This document shows positions 10,020-22,251 of a stretch of DNA of 64,000 bases, piece by piece. The stretch is from assembly GCA_002269645.1 (NCBI GenBank), contig NIVC01001281.1, forward strand, positions 102,101 to 166,100, given 5' to 3'. Made by a program: the position numbers and the translations under genes. The notes below the pieces were generated by a model. The model made no database searches, was not told the DNA's origin, and saw only the letters and a list, made by a program, of their open reading frames with translations. This DNA is from Macrostomum lignano (taxonomy: Eukaryota). Position 1 is the stretch's first letter. Each line of letters starts with the position of its first letter.

Positions 10020-10454
10020 GGTAAAACGTCCACCAGAAAAACGTCATCGGTACAACGTCCACTAGGAAAACGTCATCGGTAAAGCGTCATCGGGAAAAGG
10101 TCCACCGGGAAAAAGTCACCGGGAAAAGATCACCGGGAAAATGACTCACCTGGAAGATGGGCAGCGCCAAAGCTTCATGCAACTGACTAACGACTAAGTA
10201 TGTGCATGTAGACGGATCACGAAAGGTTAGCTCCCACCAGCTGGAGGAGTCTAATTTACTAGCCCACCATATACTAAATTTGGTGCTTTTGGCTGAACTC
10301 AGTACTCTGGAACGAAAATATCCTTATTAATTATCATTAGTACAACGGTTTCTTCGAACAGTGTTGTATCCAGGATTTTCATTTTGGGGGTGCCAAAGTT
10401 TTACCTGGGGGTGTTTATGTATTCAGTCCTTGTATTTTATGGACTGGTGGGGGT

Positions 10455-10780
10455 GTAACCTTTTTTGGCGTGGGGGGGATGCTTGCTATCTGGGGGATGC
10501 TTGCTATCTGGGGTTGCTTGCTATCGGGTGGATGCTTGCTATCTGGGGGATGCTTGCAGTCTGGGTGATGTTTGCTATTTAGGGATCGATGCTTGAATGC
10601 TGTCTGGGGATGCTTGCTGTCTTGGGATGTTTTGTTTTTAGAGGAAATGTCTGTTGCTTTTTCATGAAGGCTTTATTTCGCTGTCTATTTGTTATTTCTC
10701 TTGGAGTCTTTATTTGTAAAGAACAAGGATTCTATCCTGACTATCCAGATGTCCCCCATCGGGGGGCGAAGATTGCTTGT
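10455..10780 (+). mobile_element. Non-autonomous Helitron 3' fragment with GGGGGATGCTTGCTATCT repeats
   Basis: Short tandem repeats related to 45240-45280, then hairpin CCCCC-ATC-GGGGG and GAAGATTG-CTTG-T, a variant of the GTAGATTG-CTAG-T end at 46012. Confidence 0.55.
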
Positions 10781-11484
10781 ATGTATGCTGTCTAATATAC
10801 TAAAAATGAAATGCTTGGTTGCTTGCTTGTAATTGATTTTCTCCCGAACGGCTCAACCGATTTTCTTCAAACTTGCACCATTCGATCAGAAATTTTCCCG
10901 GGACAGTACATGCATATTGGCTAAGAAATTGCTCAATGTTAAAGGGATTAAATATTCGAAAAACATGATTTTTTGCAAAGGTCAAGCAGCTCTTTCGACC
11001 TGAAATGCATTGTAAGAATGCTAGAGAAAAAACTGACTGACTGAATTCCGATTGTGATAAAGATTGCATCACAACAAGTTGAAAACAGTGCCGAACAAAT
11101 GCACACAAAACTTGAATGAAATTGCGTAACCATATTGCCAACTTAAATTCAGACTGATTCTGGCTGACTGAGAAATTGATTATGTCATAATTTTTTACTC
11201 CAATTGACTTGCTGTAAGAATTGAATTATAAGGGCCACAATTCATGTTCTCCAATTGAAAAGAGATAGCCAAGAAAGATGCGAACAGACTGGACTGCTAC
11301 TGTAGATGATGGAATAGCCGATGTGTAGGCACTAGGAATTGGTTATAGGCTTGGCTAGGGTTCGATTCTGCACTGCGTCAAATTTCAGCCAGTAGTGATT
11401 GAAGATTATTTAAATTTATTTTTTTCATTCACTTCGTAAATAAAATATTATCTGACTTTGAATCATTGCAAAAATAGAGCTTGA

Positions 11485-11865
11485 ATCAGACTAAACCAGA
11501 GTTTAAATCATGGCTAAACCAGAGTTTAAATCATGGCTAAACCAGAGTCTGAATCATGGCTAAAACCAATGTTTGAATCATGGCTAAACCAGAGTCTGAA
11601 TCATGGCTAAACCAGAGTCTGAATCATGGCTAAAACCAGTGTTTGAATCATGGCTAAACCATTGTTTGAATCATGGCTAAACCAGAGTTTAAGTCATGGC
11701 TAAACCATCGTTTGAATCATGACTAAACCAGAGTTTGAATCATGGCTAAACCAAAGTTTGAATCATGGCAAAACCAGAGTTTGAATCATGGCTAAACGAG
11801 AGTCTGACTCATGGCTAAACCAGAGTTTGAATCATGGCTAAACCAGAGTTTGAATCATTGCAAAA
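11485..11865. repeat. Minisatellite, 23-bp unit
   Basis: AAACCAGAGTTTGAATCATGGCT, about 16 copies. Confidence 0.92.
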
Positions 11866-12271
11866 CCAGTTTTGTTAAAAGTGATACTGATTATCACTGA
11901 TATTGATGATATCACTGATATCAGTGATACTGGTAACTCTGATAAGAATTTCACTATGTCAAAAGTACATAGCTGTATCAACCCACTGGCGAGACAGTCA
12001 TAAATAGATTACATTCACAGTTTTTTTCACTGGCTGGCGCAGACCAGTGTACATTGTGAGCCCTCTGCCCCGGAATTTGGACACACGGGCCTGGAGAGCC
12101 CACACCCCAAATCATAGGTTTTTAGATTTAGACCCCTTTCTTCTTTATCGATTTTTCAGTTTCTACCCTGCGTCTTAAGATAAGCTCCAATTCAGCCCAC
12201 TGGATGATAAATAGCCTGTAATAGTTTGGCTCAAGGGCACCTTATCTGATTCTTCAGACATCCAAATTCAG

Positions 12272-12414
12272 TTGACCTGGCTGTCGGTTGCTTCACTCAT
12301 GGTCAGCTGTACACGGCGCTGTCACGGGCGAAGAACGCCGCGAATGTTCGCGTCCGGATCTGTGGCACCAAGACCAGAAACGTGGTGTATCCAGAAGTGC
12401 TCACTGGAGATTAG
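12272..12414 (+). pseudogene. Helitron PIF1-like helicase terminal exon (fragment)
   Basis: After acceptor AAATTCAG (AG at 12270-12271): DLAVGCFTHGQLYTALSRAKNAANVRVRICGTKTRNVVYPEVLTGD*. Contains the FxHGQLYxALSR motif VI and T.N.VY.EV C-terminus typical of Helitron RepHel. Not listed in the ORF track in this frame. Confidence 0.85.
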
Positions 12415-12675
12415 GCGATTTCCAGGCGTCATTGAAGTGAGTATTACTTGTGTCATTTTGTCTGTGAGTGTCGCATTGGTATCTGTGTTTAATAGTGATC
12501 ACAAGTAGTTTATCCTGATATGTAAATGGCCCGCTGAGACATATCAGGCAAATCCTGCTTTATTCACCTAATAAATTCAAATTAGATGGGATCATAATGG
12601 AATTGAGATCAGGGATTACCTAGGCAAAATGATTAGCTAAATTGGGTTCATTGCATAACAGAACTGAGCATAACA

Positions 12676-13710
12676 GATCCCAATCCTAAATTCATAGAAT
12701 CTCTTAGATCCCAATGCTAAATTCATAGAATCTCTTAGATCCCAATCCTAAATTCACAGAATCTCTTAGATCCCAATGCTAAATTCACAGAATCTCTTAG
12801 ATTCCAATCCTAAATTCATAGAATCTCTTGAATCCCAATCCTAAATTCACAGAATCTCTTAGATCCCAATCCTAAATTCATAGAATCTCTTATATCCCAA
12901 TCCTAAATTCACAGAATCTCTTAGATCCCAATCCTAAATTCACAGAATCTCTTAGATCCCAATCCTAAATTCATAGAATCTCTTAGATCCCAATCCTAAA
13001 TTCACAGAATCTCTTAGATCCCAATCCTAAATTCATAGAATCTCTTATATCCCAATCCTAAATTCATAGAATCTCTTAGATCCCAATCCTAATCTCATAG
13101 AATCTCTTAGATCCCAATCCTAATCTCATAGAATCTCTTAGATCCCAATCCTAAATTCATTGAATCTCTTAGATCCCAATCCTAAATTCACAGAATCTCT
13201 TAGATCCCAATCCTAAATTCACAGAATCTCTTAGATCCCAATCCTAAATTCACAGAATCTCTTATATCCCAATCCTAAATTCATTGAATCTCTTAGATCC
13301 CAATCCTAATCTCATTGAATCTCTTAGATCCCAATCCTAAATTCATAGAATCTCTTAGATCCCAATCCTAAATTCACAGAGTCTCTTAGATCCCAATCCT
13401 AAATTCATGGGATCTCTTAGATCACAATCCTAAATTCACAGAATCTCTTAGATCCCAATCCTAAATTCATAGAATCTCTTAGATCCCAATGCTAAATTCT
13501 TAGAATCTCTTAGATCCCAATCCTAAATTCACAGAATTTCACAGAATCTCTTAGATCCCAATGCTAAATTCAGAGAATCTCTTAGATCCCAATCCTAAAT
13601 TCATAGAATCTCTTAGATCCCAATCCTAAATTCATAGAATCTCTTAGATCCCAATCCTAAATTCATAGAATCTCTTAGATCCCAATCCTAAATTCACAGA
13701 ATCTTATATA
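12676..13710. repeat. Minisatellite, 31-bp unit, ~33 copies
   Basis: GATCCCAATCCTAAATTCA(T/C)AGAATCTCTTA; starts at 12676 and 12707. Confidence 0.95.
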
Positions 13711-13822
13711 TCAATCCTAGATCATTGCTTAGCCTAATTGGGTTCATTGCATAACAGAACTAAGATCATTGCTTAGCGTAATTGGGATCATTTGGCATAA
13801 CTAAGTTGGGATCCTTGCATAC

Positions 13823-14681
13823 TAAATTGGGATCAAGGCAAACCAGAATAGGATCGGATACAATCGGATCCCAATTTAGTTGTGCCATGAAAGTTAATAA
13901 GTAATAGTGAAATTAATGTAGGTAAATATTAGGTGAATATATAGCAGGTTGGCTGCATATCAATGGGCCTTGAGATTGTGGTTGAAATAACGTGTTCGCT
14001 GCTTTTTCACGATTCAGAGGTTCTTCCACTCTAAAACTGAGGGTATGCAGCCATGAGAGAGAGGTTTGAAGCAGCTTCAGCAAACCTAGAGACTTGTGAT
14101 AGCTAAGCTTTTTGTGTGACGTTGAGTGCGTGAACTTAACTTGCCCCAGTGAATGCCTCTGACCAGCAGTGCAGAGTAAAGCAAGCCAACAAGCAGTAGG
14201 ATTGACACCATTATTCTTGCAGTCAAATGCAATGAACTGTGCAATGATACTGTCTTGTTGGCGGAGCAATCTGCGAATTCATCATCTCTACTGTCTTTGT
14301 AAGTAAGTATTCACAAAGCAATTATTAAACTCATCAGTTGTCATTGAATTCCCTTATTTATAATATGTTATTTTGCATACTTTCATATGGATGTTTGTTT
14401 AGTTAAAAACTTTCAATTAAGCTCCAAAACTTCATTTTAGGTTCTAAATTGATCATAGCAATGAGCTGTGTCAGTTAAGTTTCTTATTTTCATTTAGGAG
14501 TAAGAAAAAGCAACACGAAACACTTATTTATCCAGTAAACAGAATTATTTATTTTATTTATTTAGAATTCTTTAAATTCTCAAACACATAAATAAAAAAA
14601 TCAAGAAATCATATCAAGTTAATTCCACAAACAAATTGAATTTAATTATTCCGCTGCTGCTGCTGCTGTTGCTGCTGTTGC

Positions 14682-14725
<44 letters not shown>

Positions 14726-16385
14726 CTGCTGCTGCAGCCGCATGTCGGCCAGGTCCGGACACCGGGCCACAGGGTGACCTCCACCGCAGAGATAACAGGC
14801 CACTGTTAAGTTTGGAAAGTGCAATTTTACTCAACAGGTGGTTTCGAAAGACTTAATTACAGTAATGAGACTTACTAGGTTTTCTAGGGTGTCCACCACC
14901 GCGGCCTCCTCGCCGCCTGCCGCCGCCGGAAAAGAAGTTCTGGGTAAACTTCATTTGTGGAACAGTGGAGTTAAACAGTGGAACTATACAGTGGAAATTA
15001 TACGAGCGTGTCGTACGCTCACTCTGGTTTATATACGCTCACTCATGTCAAGCAAGGATTAGCGAGATTGGTTTGAAAACCTTGCTAACGAAATGAAACT
15101 CATTTCATTTTTTTAAAGCCCGTTTCAGCTTAGGCAAAAATGAATACCAGCTTAGGGCCACCCCCAACCCCAGTTAAAATCGTGTGAGGCTTCATTGGTG
15201 AGCGTCATGAGGCTTTAGCTGTTTGTGATTACTGAAAAGTCGCACTAGGTTGGGGCTTGCACTGGCAGTTTAATGAAATCACTTTAGTTGAATACAAAGT
15301 TTACTGCTATTGGCTGACTTGAAACCCTCTATTTTTAGCCACGTTAGCCACACGCCGCACTGGCTTCCCAATTACAGTGTACATTTAAGATCTTTTTTGT
15401 GTCCTATTATTGAAGTGTGTCGAAAACAGATTGCATAACAAGTCGCACCACACTCGACTCTGACACCCCACACAGTGTACATAAAGAAAGAACGTAAAAG
15501 CTAAGGCAATCACCAGCCAATCCACAACAAGTAGCCCAGTGGGTGGATTAGAACAAAACTCTCTCTGATTGGTTAGCCAGATCTAAATTGATCTTTACAT
15601 GGCACCCTCTATTGGCATGAGTCATCACAGATCACAGTTAGGGTTGTCCGAAACGAAATGCTGCAATATAAACTGGCACAATTGGCCTTGATGCTAAAAC
15701 TATCAAACCACAAACCGTAAAGACCTTATCAGTGAAATTTTTATAATCCATATTTTTGGCAACTATCAATCGAGCAATATGGAGTCAACCGAAGGAGCCA
15801 AGAAAAGCAAAGCGTGTATCTCTGCTCTGCTTCCGGGCCTGATGCACGCTGCAATCGTTGGCCTCGTAATGAGGCTGTCCAAAATCACGGACTGAAAGGA
15901 TTGAGATCCTTTCATAACTAGATTGAGATCATTGCATAACTAGATTGGGATCAAGGCAAACCAGAATAGGATCGGATACAATCGGATCCCAATTTAGTTG
16001 TGCCATGAAAGTTAATAAGTAATAGTGAAATTAATGTAGGTAAATATTAGGTGAATATATAGCAGGTTGGCTGCATATCAATGGGCCTTGAGATTGTGGT
16101 TGAAATAACGTGTTCGCTGCTTTTTCACGATTCAGAGGTTTTTCCACTCTAAAACTGAGGGTATGCAGCCATGAGAGAGAGGTTTGAAGCAGCTTCAGCA
16201 AACCTAGAGACTTGTGATAGCTAAGCTTTTTGTGTGACGTTGAGTGCGTGAACTTAACTTGCCCCAGTGAATGCCTCTGACCAGCAGTGCAGAGTAAAGC
16301 AAGCCAACAAGCAGTAGGATTGACACCATTATTCTTGCAGTCAAATGCAATGAACTGTGCAATGATACTGTCTTGTTGGCGGAGC
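13823..16385 (+). repeat. Direct duplication of ~440 bp (13823-14268 and ~15944-16385)
   Basis: Near-identical from ATTGGGATCAAGGCAAACCAG to GATACTGTCTTGTTGGCGGAGC; one substitution noticed (GTTCTTCC vs GTTTTTCC). Confidence 0.9.
14642..14824 (-). other. Gag-like CCHC zinc-knuckle fragment followed by a (CAG/CAA)n polyQ tract
   Basis: CYLCGGGHPVARC (Cx2Cx3Hx4C) then ~28 Q; no ATG start; probable retroelement gag remnant or captured exon. Confidence 0.4.
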
Positions 16386-18270
16386 CTTCTGCAAGTGCAT
16401 CATGTTTACTGTTTGTGGGTAATATTTTTAGGTGCAATGCAATTTTTTCTTTTTTCATTGAACTGAATCCCATTACTGTCCCATTACTGTCGTTTTCTGA
16501 CATTACTCAGTAGTCACAACTTGTTTCTGTCGAAAAAATAATTTAACAAACGAAAGAGGAAAATCGCTGAATTCTCTACATTTGGAGTTTGTTTTCTTAT
16601 AATGTCATAATGATATGTATTTGTATAATAATAATTTTGCCAGATGCTCACTCAATTGTTGTTGTTTTGTTGTTTTCAATGTGTTTTGCAATTGAAGAAA
16701 TACAAAAAATGTTTCAGTGGACAAAGACCAGTCCCATGATTCATGAATCTGCACACCTGGTACCTGCCTTATTCTATTTTAAAAGATAAATTGTCAGGCA
16801 TGCATTTATAATGAAGAATGATACAAAATGGATTACTAAGAAAAGAGGTCAGATGAGAAATAGGATCTGATCAGAACTGGAATCATTAAGAAAAAGAAAG
16901 GAGATTAGAAATTGATCCATTGATATTTAATTAGCCATTGATATGAGCTAACCATTTTGAACTATCAAAATGGATCTAATTTGAAATAGACTTTTATGTC
17001 ATATAGGATTTGATTCAAAATAAGATTTGACAATGTGAATGAGGCATATAAGAAAAGAGAAGTCTGCTGAGGAGTGTGACTAGAAAAGAAAGGGGGAATT
17101 TAGCATGATAATATATATCATATATCATGCATATATATAGCCAATGTTAGCTTTATTAAAAGTGTCAAACCAAAGGTCGAAGGATGTAGCTCCAGTTGCT
17201 TTTGCAAAGTCCATTCACAATGAGATAGCTGCATTGAACTGACTCTTTAAGTCATTTATTATAATAAGAGGGGCCTCATTCAAGGGCAATAGTTGCAATG
17301 CTGAGCTACTTATTGTTCGGAACATTGCAGTCGCAGTTAGTACGATGAGCAGGGCTAAGAAATTCACTTACAAATGAAGAAAGTAAAAAATTTCTCGGGA
17401 TGTGTATAAAACTGTAGTACACATGAGCAATACAAGCAACAAGAAAATCGGAATAAAGCAAGTCATTTCTCGGAAAGTCGCAATTTCTTGGAATATTATT
17501 TAATTTATTTTCAGTAACAACTAAAAAAGTGATCTCAACAGTTTTATAAACTAAATAAATAAAATAATTTTTATCAAACACGTTGACATATACAGGGCTC
17601 TAAACTAAAAAACTGTAAAAAGTTGATAGTTTTGTTTTACCTAAAATGCGTTATTAACGATCTCCAAAAATTCCTATTTTAAGCTTAAGCTTAAGAAAAA
17701 CACTTAAAGTACTCCTGCTAAAAGGTATATTATATTAGACGAATATTAATTATTTCTGCTCCCCGAAGGGGGGCAAAACTTTAGCTAGTACTGTACTAAT
17801 ATTAGTAAAAAAATTCCAGAAGTAGCTCGTAAAACTTGTTTTTGTAACGCAGTTCCTATCTTGCTTGAGCAGCGTTGAGCTGTTATCAGTTTTTTTACTA
17901 TTCAATGCTATCTTCGTACACCTGGACTGGGAGTTGGACAGAGGGGAGGGAGGGCCAATGTACACTCAGCACCACTGCGCGGAGTGTACATTGCTGCTGT
18001 CGGCTCTGAACGAACTCTAACCCCCCCCCCGCTCGCTAGTTTTTCAGTAGTCAGCAAGTTCAGTTTAATTCAGCTTGGCTAGATTTCCGTCTGTTAAAGG
18101 TTTGGGGCTTGGTTGGCTAGACAAAGTGGCCGAGACTATTTAGGACCGCCCGTGGCGCGCAATAAAAGATCAGAATTTTTTTACTAGCCTCTATTTGTAG
18201 GAGCTAACAAACCATTTATCAACCCCTAAAACAAACTAGTAATCAAGCAATCTAAAATCACGACAAAAGC

Positions 18271-21200
18271 ATGCAAGCCGTGCTGGATTCAATCAAGTGG
18301 ACGCCCGAGCTTGGCCTGGGCCTGGCCGAGGTGGTTGTCTACGTGGCCATCGCCGGTCTAGCAGCTTTCCGGCTAGTGAAAACTAACGAGCGCCTGCTGG
18401 TGTTCTGGCTAGTCTACAACGGCCTCACACACTTCCTTATGGTAAGTTTTGCTCTTACTGCCTAGCTAGTCGCTGCCCAAGGACGTCTAAACGGGGTCAA
18501 CCGCCGACAAAATGTCCGGTAGAAGGACCAAAACCAACCCCTCCCAGGCACTACTAGAAAGACCACAACCAACCCCTCCCAGGCACCGCTAAAAGGACCA
18601 CAACCAACTTCCCAGGCACCACTAGAAGGACCAGACCACAACCAACCTCTCCCAGGCACCATTAGAAGGACCACAACCAACCCCTCCCAGACACCACTAG
18701 AAGGATCACAACCAGCCCCTCCCAGGCACCAATAGAAGGACCACAACCAGCCCCTCCCAGGCACCACTAGAAGGACCACAACCAGCCCCTCCCAGGCACC
18801 ACTAGAAGGACCAGACCACAACCAACCTCTCCCAAGCACCACTAGAAGGACCAGAACCAGCCTCTCCCAGACACCACTAGGAGGACCACAACCAGCCCCT
18901 CCCAGGCACCACTAGAAGGACCAGAACCAGCCTCTCCCAGACACCACTAGAAGGACCACAACCAGCCCCTCCCAGGCACCACTAGAAGGACCAGACCACA
19001 ACCAACTCCTCCCAGGCACCACTAGAAGGACCAGAACCAGCCTCTCCCAGACACCACTAGGAGGACCACAACCAGCCCCTCCCAGGCACCACTAGAAGGA
19101 CCAGACCACAACCAACCTCTCCCAGGCACCACTAGAAGGACCACAACCAGCCCCTCCCAGGCACCACTAGAAGGACCACAACCAGCCCCTCCCAGACACC
19201 ACTAGAAGGATCACAACCAGCCCCTCCCAGGCACCACTAGAAGGACCACAACCAGCCCCTCCCAGACACCACTAGAAGGATCACAACCAGCCCCTCCCAG
19301 GCACCACTAGAAGGACCACAACCAGCCCCTCCCAGACACCACTAGAAGGACCACAACCAGCCCCTCCCAGACACCACTAGAAGGACCACAACCAGCCCCT
19401 CCCAGGCACCACTAGAAGATCAAAACCGACGAGTGCTCAGGGACCACTACATCTGTAAAAGGACCAGGACCATCTCGTGTTTATAGAACGTGAACTTGTA
19501 AACTTGTGGTTCTTAGGGGGCGCTTTCACTAGGCCGAAACTTCACTGCCGAAAAATCATTTTAGCAGCCCCTTTCACTAGGCCGAAACTTCACTTTGCCG
19601 AAACTAACATGGTAACATTAAACTGAATCTTTAATCATTAATCATTATTATCATTATATGATGATGATGATGATTATTATTATTATTATTATTATTGATT
19701 AATCATTAATCATTATTATTAATCATTAATCATTAACAGACCTTAGAGATCTAGAACTAGAACCTACTAGATCTACGGGTCCTTGCACAGACCAATAACA
19801 GACAACAGACCAGGCCTGCATAGGGCTCGTTCCCGCTAGCGGCTAGACTGAAGGGTATGAGCGAGCAATTTAGGAAAAAAATGGGGAAGAGAGGAGGGAG
19901 ATTATGGGGCATATAAAAATCATATACTATTGTACATTGTCTTTTTGATACTAAAAACATACGGGTTGAATTTCACAGAAGCCAAAGAATTAGAGACTAA
20001 GAGCCATGCATATTCTATGAATCGGAATCCAGGCAAATCTGCATGCTTTCAAAGGAGCCCATGCGAGCATACGAGCACTCTACAACTTAAAAGTCCATCC
20101 GACTGAGACAGAAAATGCAATCAAAATAATAAGCAATCAAAGTTAACCCCAAATGAAGTAAGGAATGTTAAAAATATTCCATAAAAAACTGAGTGACCAT
20201 ATCGTGCTGGCCTACTTTGGTAGCAGAGTAACACTTAGGTCAAAATAAAGAAACTGGTGCAGAGAAATCGTCACTGCTTGCGGTTCCATTTTGGACGCTT
20301 AAGTTCACATCCCCTTTTGACCATAGTAAGGACGCAGCTAAAATGATTTTTCGGCCTAGTGAAGTTTCGGCCTAGTGAAGTTTCGGCCTAGTGAAAGAGG
20401 CTGCTAAAATGATTTTTCGGCAAAGCGAAGTTTCGGCCTAGTGAAGTTTCGGCCTTTTGAAAGAGCATGCTAGTCATTTCGGCAAAGTGAAGTTTCGGCC
20501 TAGTGAAGTTTCGGCCTAGAGAAAGACTATGCTAAATGATTTTTCGGCAAAGTGAAGTTTCGGCCTAATGAAGTTTCGGCCTTGTGAAGGAAGATGCTTT
20601 CGGCAAAGTGAAATTTCGGCCTAGTGAAACCCCCCCCCCCGTTCTTAGGAAGATTTTAAACGACTAGCCCCATAAGACAGAACATCTAGTTTCGAGAAAT
20701 TTAAGTATCTCGAATGAACAATGAGGTGGCTACATGTATACATTGTGGCAGTATGTTTAGATGAATGTATTTAATAACGAGTGTTGACACTGACAGTGAC
20801 ATTTCCTTAAAACTTACTCGCCCCATATTTCTGTGTACTTTTGACAAAAATCGACTAAAATATTGTTTAGGAAATTGTTACACACTGTTGAAAGCAGTTT
20901 TTTTTAATATGGAAAGTTAAACGCTTAATTTAGTATTCAACAATCTAATTTATGCAGGAGGGTCGGTTTGTGTACTATTCTTTGACTACAACGGCGGAGA
21001 ATGCTACTGGACCTCTGGCTCACGTTTGTAAGCAATGATGAAGCGGATGATTAATCTAAGTCAATTTATTCTTTATTAAAATACGCCTTCTTAACGCCTT
21101 TTGATTTTATGCATTACACTCAGACTTAACTTCTCATAACTGAACCCATCACTCTCCCTGAACCTATATCGCTGAATCCTGAACTGATCCCCCTGAGCGC

Positions 21201-22025
21201 ATCCTCGCCGTCCCCAGGGAAGGAGTACGGTGCCGCCGATGTCCGCTGGCTGTGGGCTGAGCAAAACATCGTTGCCATGGAGATTGTCACCGTGCTACTA
21301 GACGGCAGTCTGTGTTTCGCAATCATCTGGGCCATTAAGACTCACAGTCCTAATAGGCACTTTATGCAAGTCGTACTCTGCACCTGCGAGCTCTACGGGA
21401 GTAAGTTAAAAGGAATAACTCGTCATAAATACTTGTAACAAGATTTTGTACAGAACCGAAATATCTTAGCAAAGTTGGCGGCACTACTTAGTAAGTAGCT
21501 AGTACATCGCTTTCTGATCTTTTCTTTCGCTTTTCTGATCTTTCTTTAAAAATTGCCACTATAATTCAGCCTTTTTAGCACTTCAAAATACGAATACTAT
21601 ATATATGACTCTAAAAATGCTGAAAACTTTAAAACTCTTGAAATGATATTTTTCTGCTGACAGCGGTAAATTCTGAACTATAAGGATTTGGAACTTCTCA
21701 AATTTAATAAAGTGGTTTTTCAAGAGATCACGAAAGGTTAGGTCCCCCCGGGGGGTCTAATTTGCTAGTCCACGTATACTAAATTTGACTGAGGTGTGTT
21801 GTTATTCATGTCAACTAGAACCTCTCGACTTCGTTTTCAGACTGGATGACTTTCGCACCCGAGTGGCTGTCCGGCAACAAGAACCTGACTGACGACCCCT
21901 TCAAAGTTTGGTTCCACCTGTTCTTCTTTAACTTCCTGTGGGTTGTGTTTCCTCTGCTCATGCTGATCCAGTCCTACAAGGCGCTGTCGCATCCCAAGGT
22001 CATCCAGTCGAGGAAGACCAGATAG
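18271..22025 (+). CDS. EBPL: Emopamil-binding-protein-like (EXPERA/EBP family) membrane protein, 4 exons, 202 aa
   Basis: Exons 18271-18441, 20958-21027, 21218-21400, 21841-22025, all GT-AG and phase-compatible. Motifs WLVYNGLTHFLMEG, WKEYGAADVRW, MEIVTVLLDGSL, RHFMQVVLCTCELYG, WMTFAPEWL, FFFNFLWVVFP match EBPL. Confidence 0.9.
18513..19420. repeat. Minisatellite, 35/40-bp unit, in EBPL intron 1
   Basis: AAGGACCACAACCAGCCCCTCCCAGGCACCACTAG repeats. Confidence 0.95.
19518..20640. mobile_element. Non-autonomous MULE/foldback-like TIR element in EBPL intron 1
   Basis: 9-bp TSD GTTCTTAGG at 19509-19517 and 20641-20649; inverted ends TTTCACTAGGCCGAAACTTCAC / GTGAAATTTCGGCCTAGTGAAA with repeated subterminal copies; G..C termini. 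Confidence 0.75.
21726..21785 (+). mobile_element. Helitron 3'-end/5'-end junction fragment in EBPL intron 3
   Basis: Hairpin CCCCCC-GGGGGG, TCTAATTTG, CTAG (21765-21768), directly followed by TCCACGTATACTAAATTTG; homologous copy at 10217-10281. Confidence 0.55.
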
Positions 22026-22251
22026 ATTATCTGGGCGTTGAAGGGAAAAATTGACAGTTATTAGCGATAAAACAAATCTATGTACTGTTTAAGGCTTCTG
22101 TGGTGTAGGTTTACCAGAATTGTTAACTACTAAATAAACAATTTCCCATTAGAGCTGTTGACTCGCGCTGACACTCTGGAATCGGATATGTTGCATGGAA
22201 TTACATTGATTATTGACTCTGCAGAGTCTATCTGGTCACAGTGTGGCATTC

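Larger units (their letters stand above)
8812..10146. mobile_element. Foldback/MULE-like element with subterminal repeat arrays, hosting nested insertions
   Basis: Left array TTTTCC(C/A)CGGTGAC (8815-8870) is the inverse of right arrays GTCACCGGGAAAA (10095-10142) and GAAAACGTCATCGGTAA repeats. No TSD found, so ends are approximate. Confidence 0.45.
10791..17788 (+). mobile_element. Putative composite or internally deleted Helitron (5' TCTAATATACTAAAAATG to 3' hairpin-CTAG)
   Basis: 5' end TC..TATACTAAAAATG followed by AACGGCTCAACCGATTTT, homologous to the 60384 minus-strand head. Helicase terminal exon at 12272-12414. 3' end GCTCCCC-GAA-GGGGGGC, 10 nt, CTAG|T at 17785-17788. That both ends belong to one element is inference. 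Confidence 0.5.

Noticed and set aside
11310-11385. tRNA-like A/B boxes (TAGCCGATGTG..GGTTCGATTC)
   Set aside because: No cloverleaf could be folded; at most a decayed SINE or tRNA head.
13823-16385. LTR retrotransposon interpretation of the 440-bp direct repeats
   Set aside because: No TG..CA termini, primer-binding site, polypurine tract, TSD or pol sequence.
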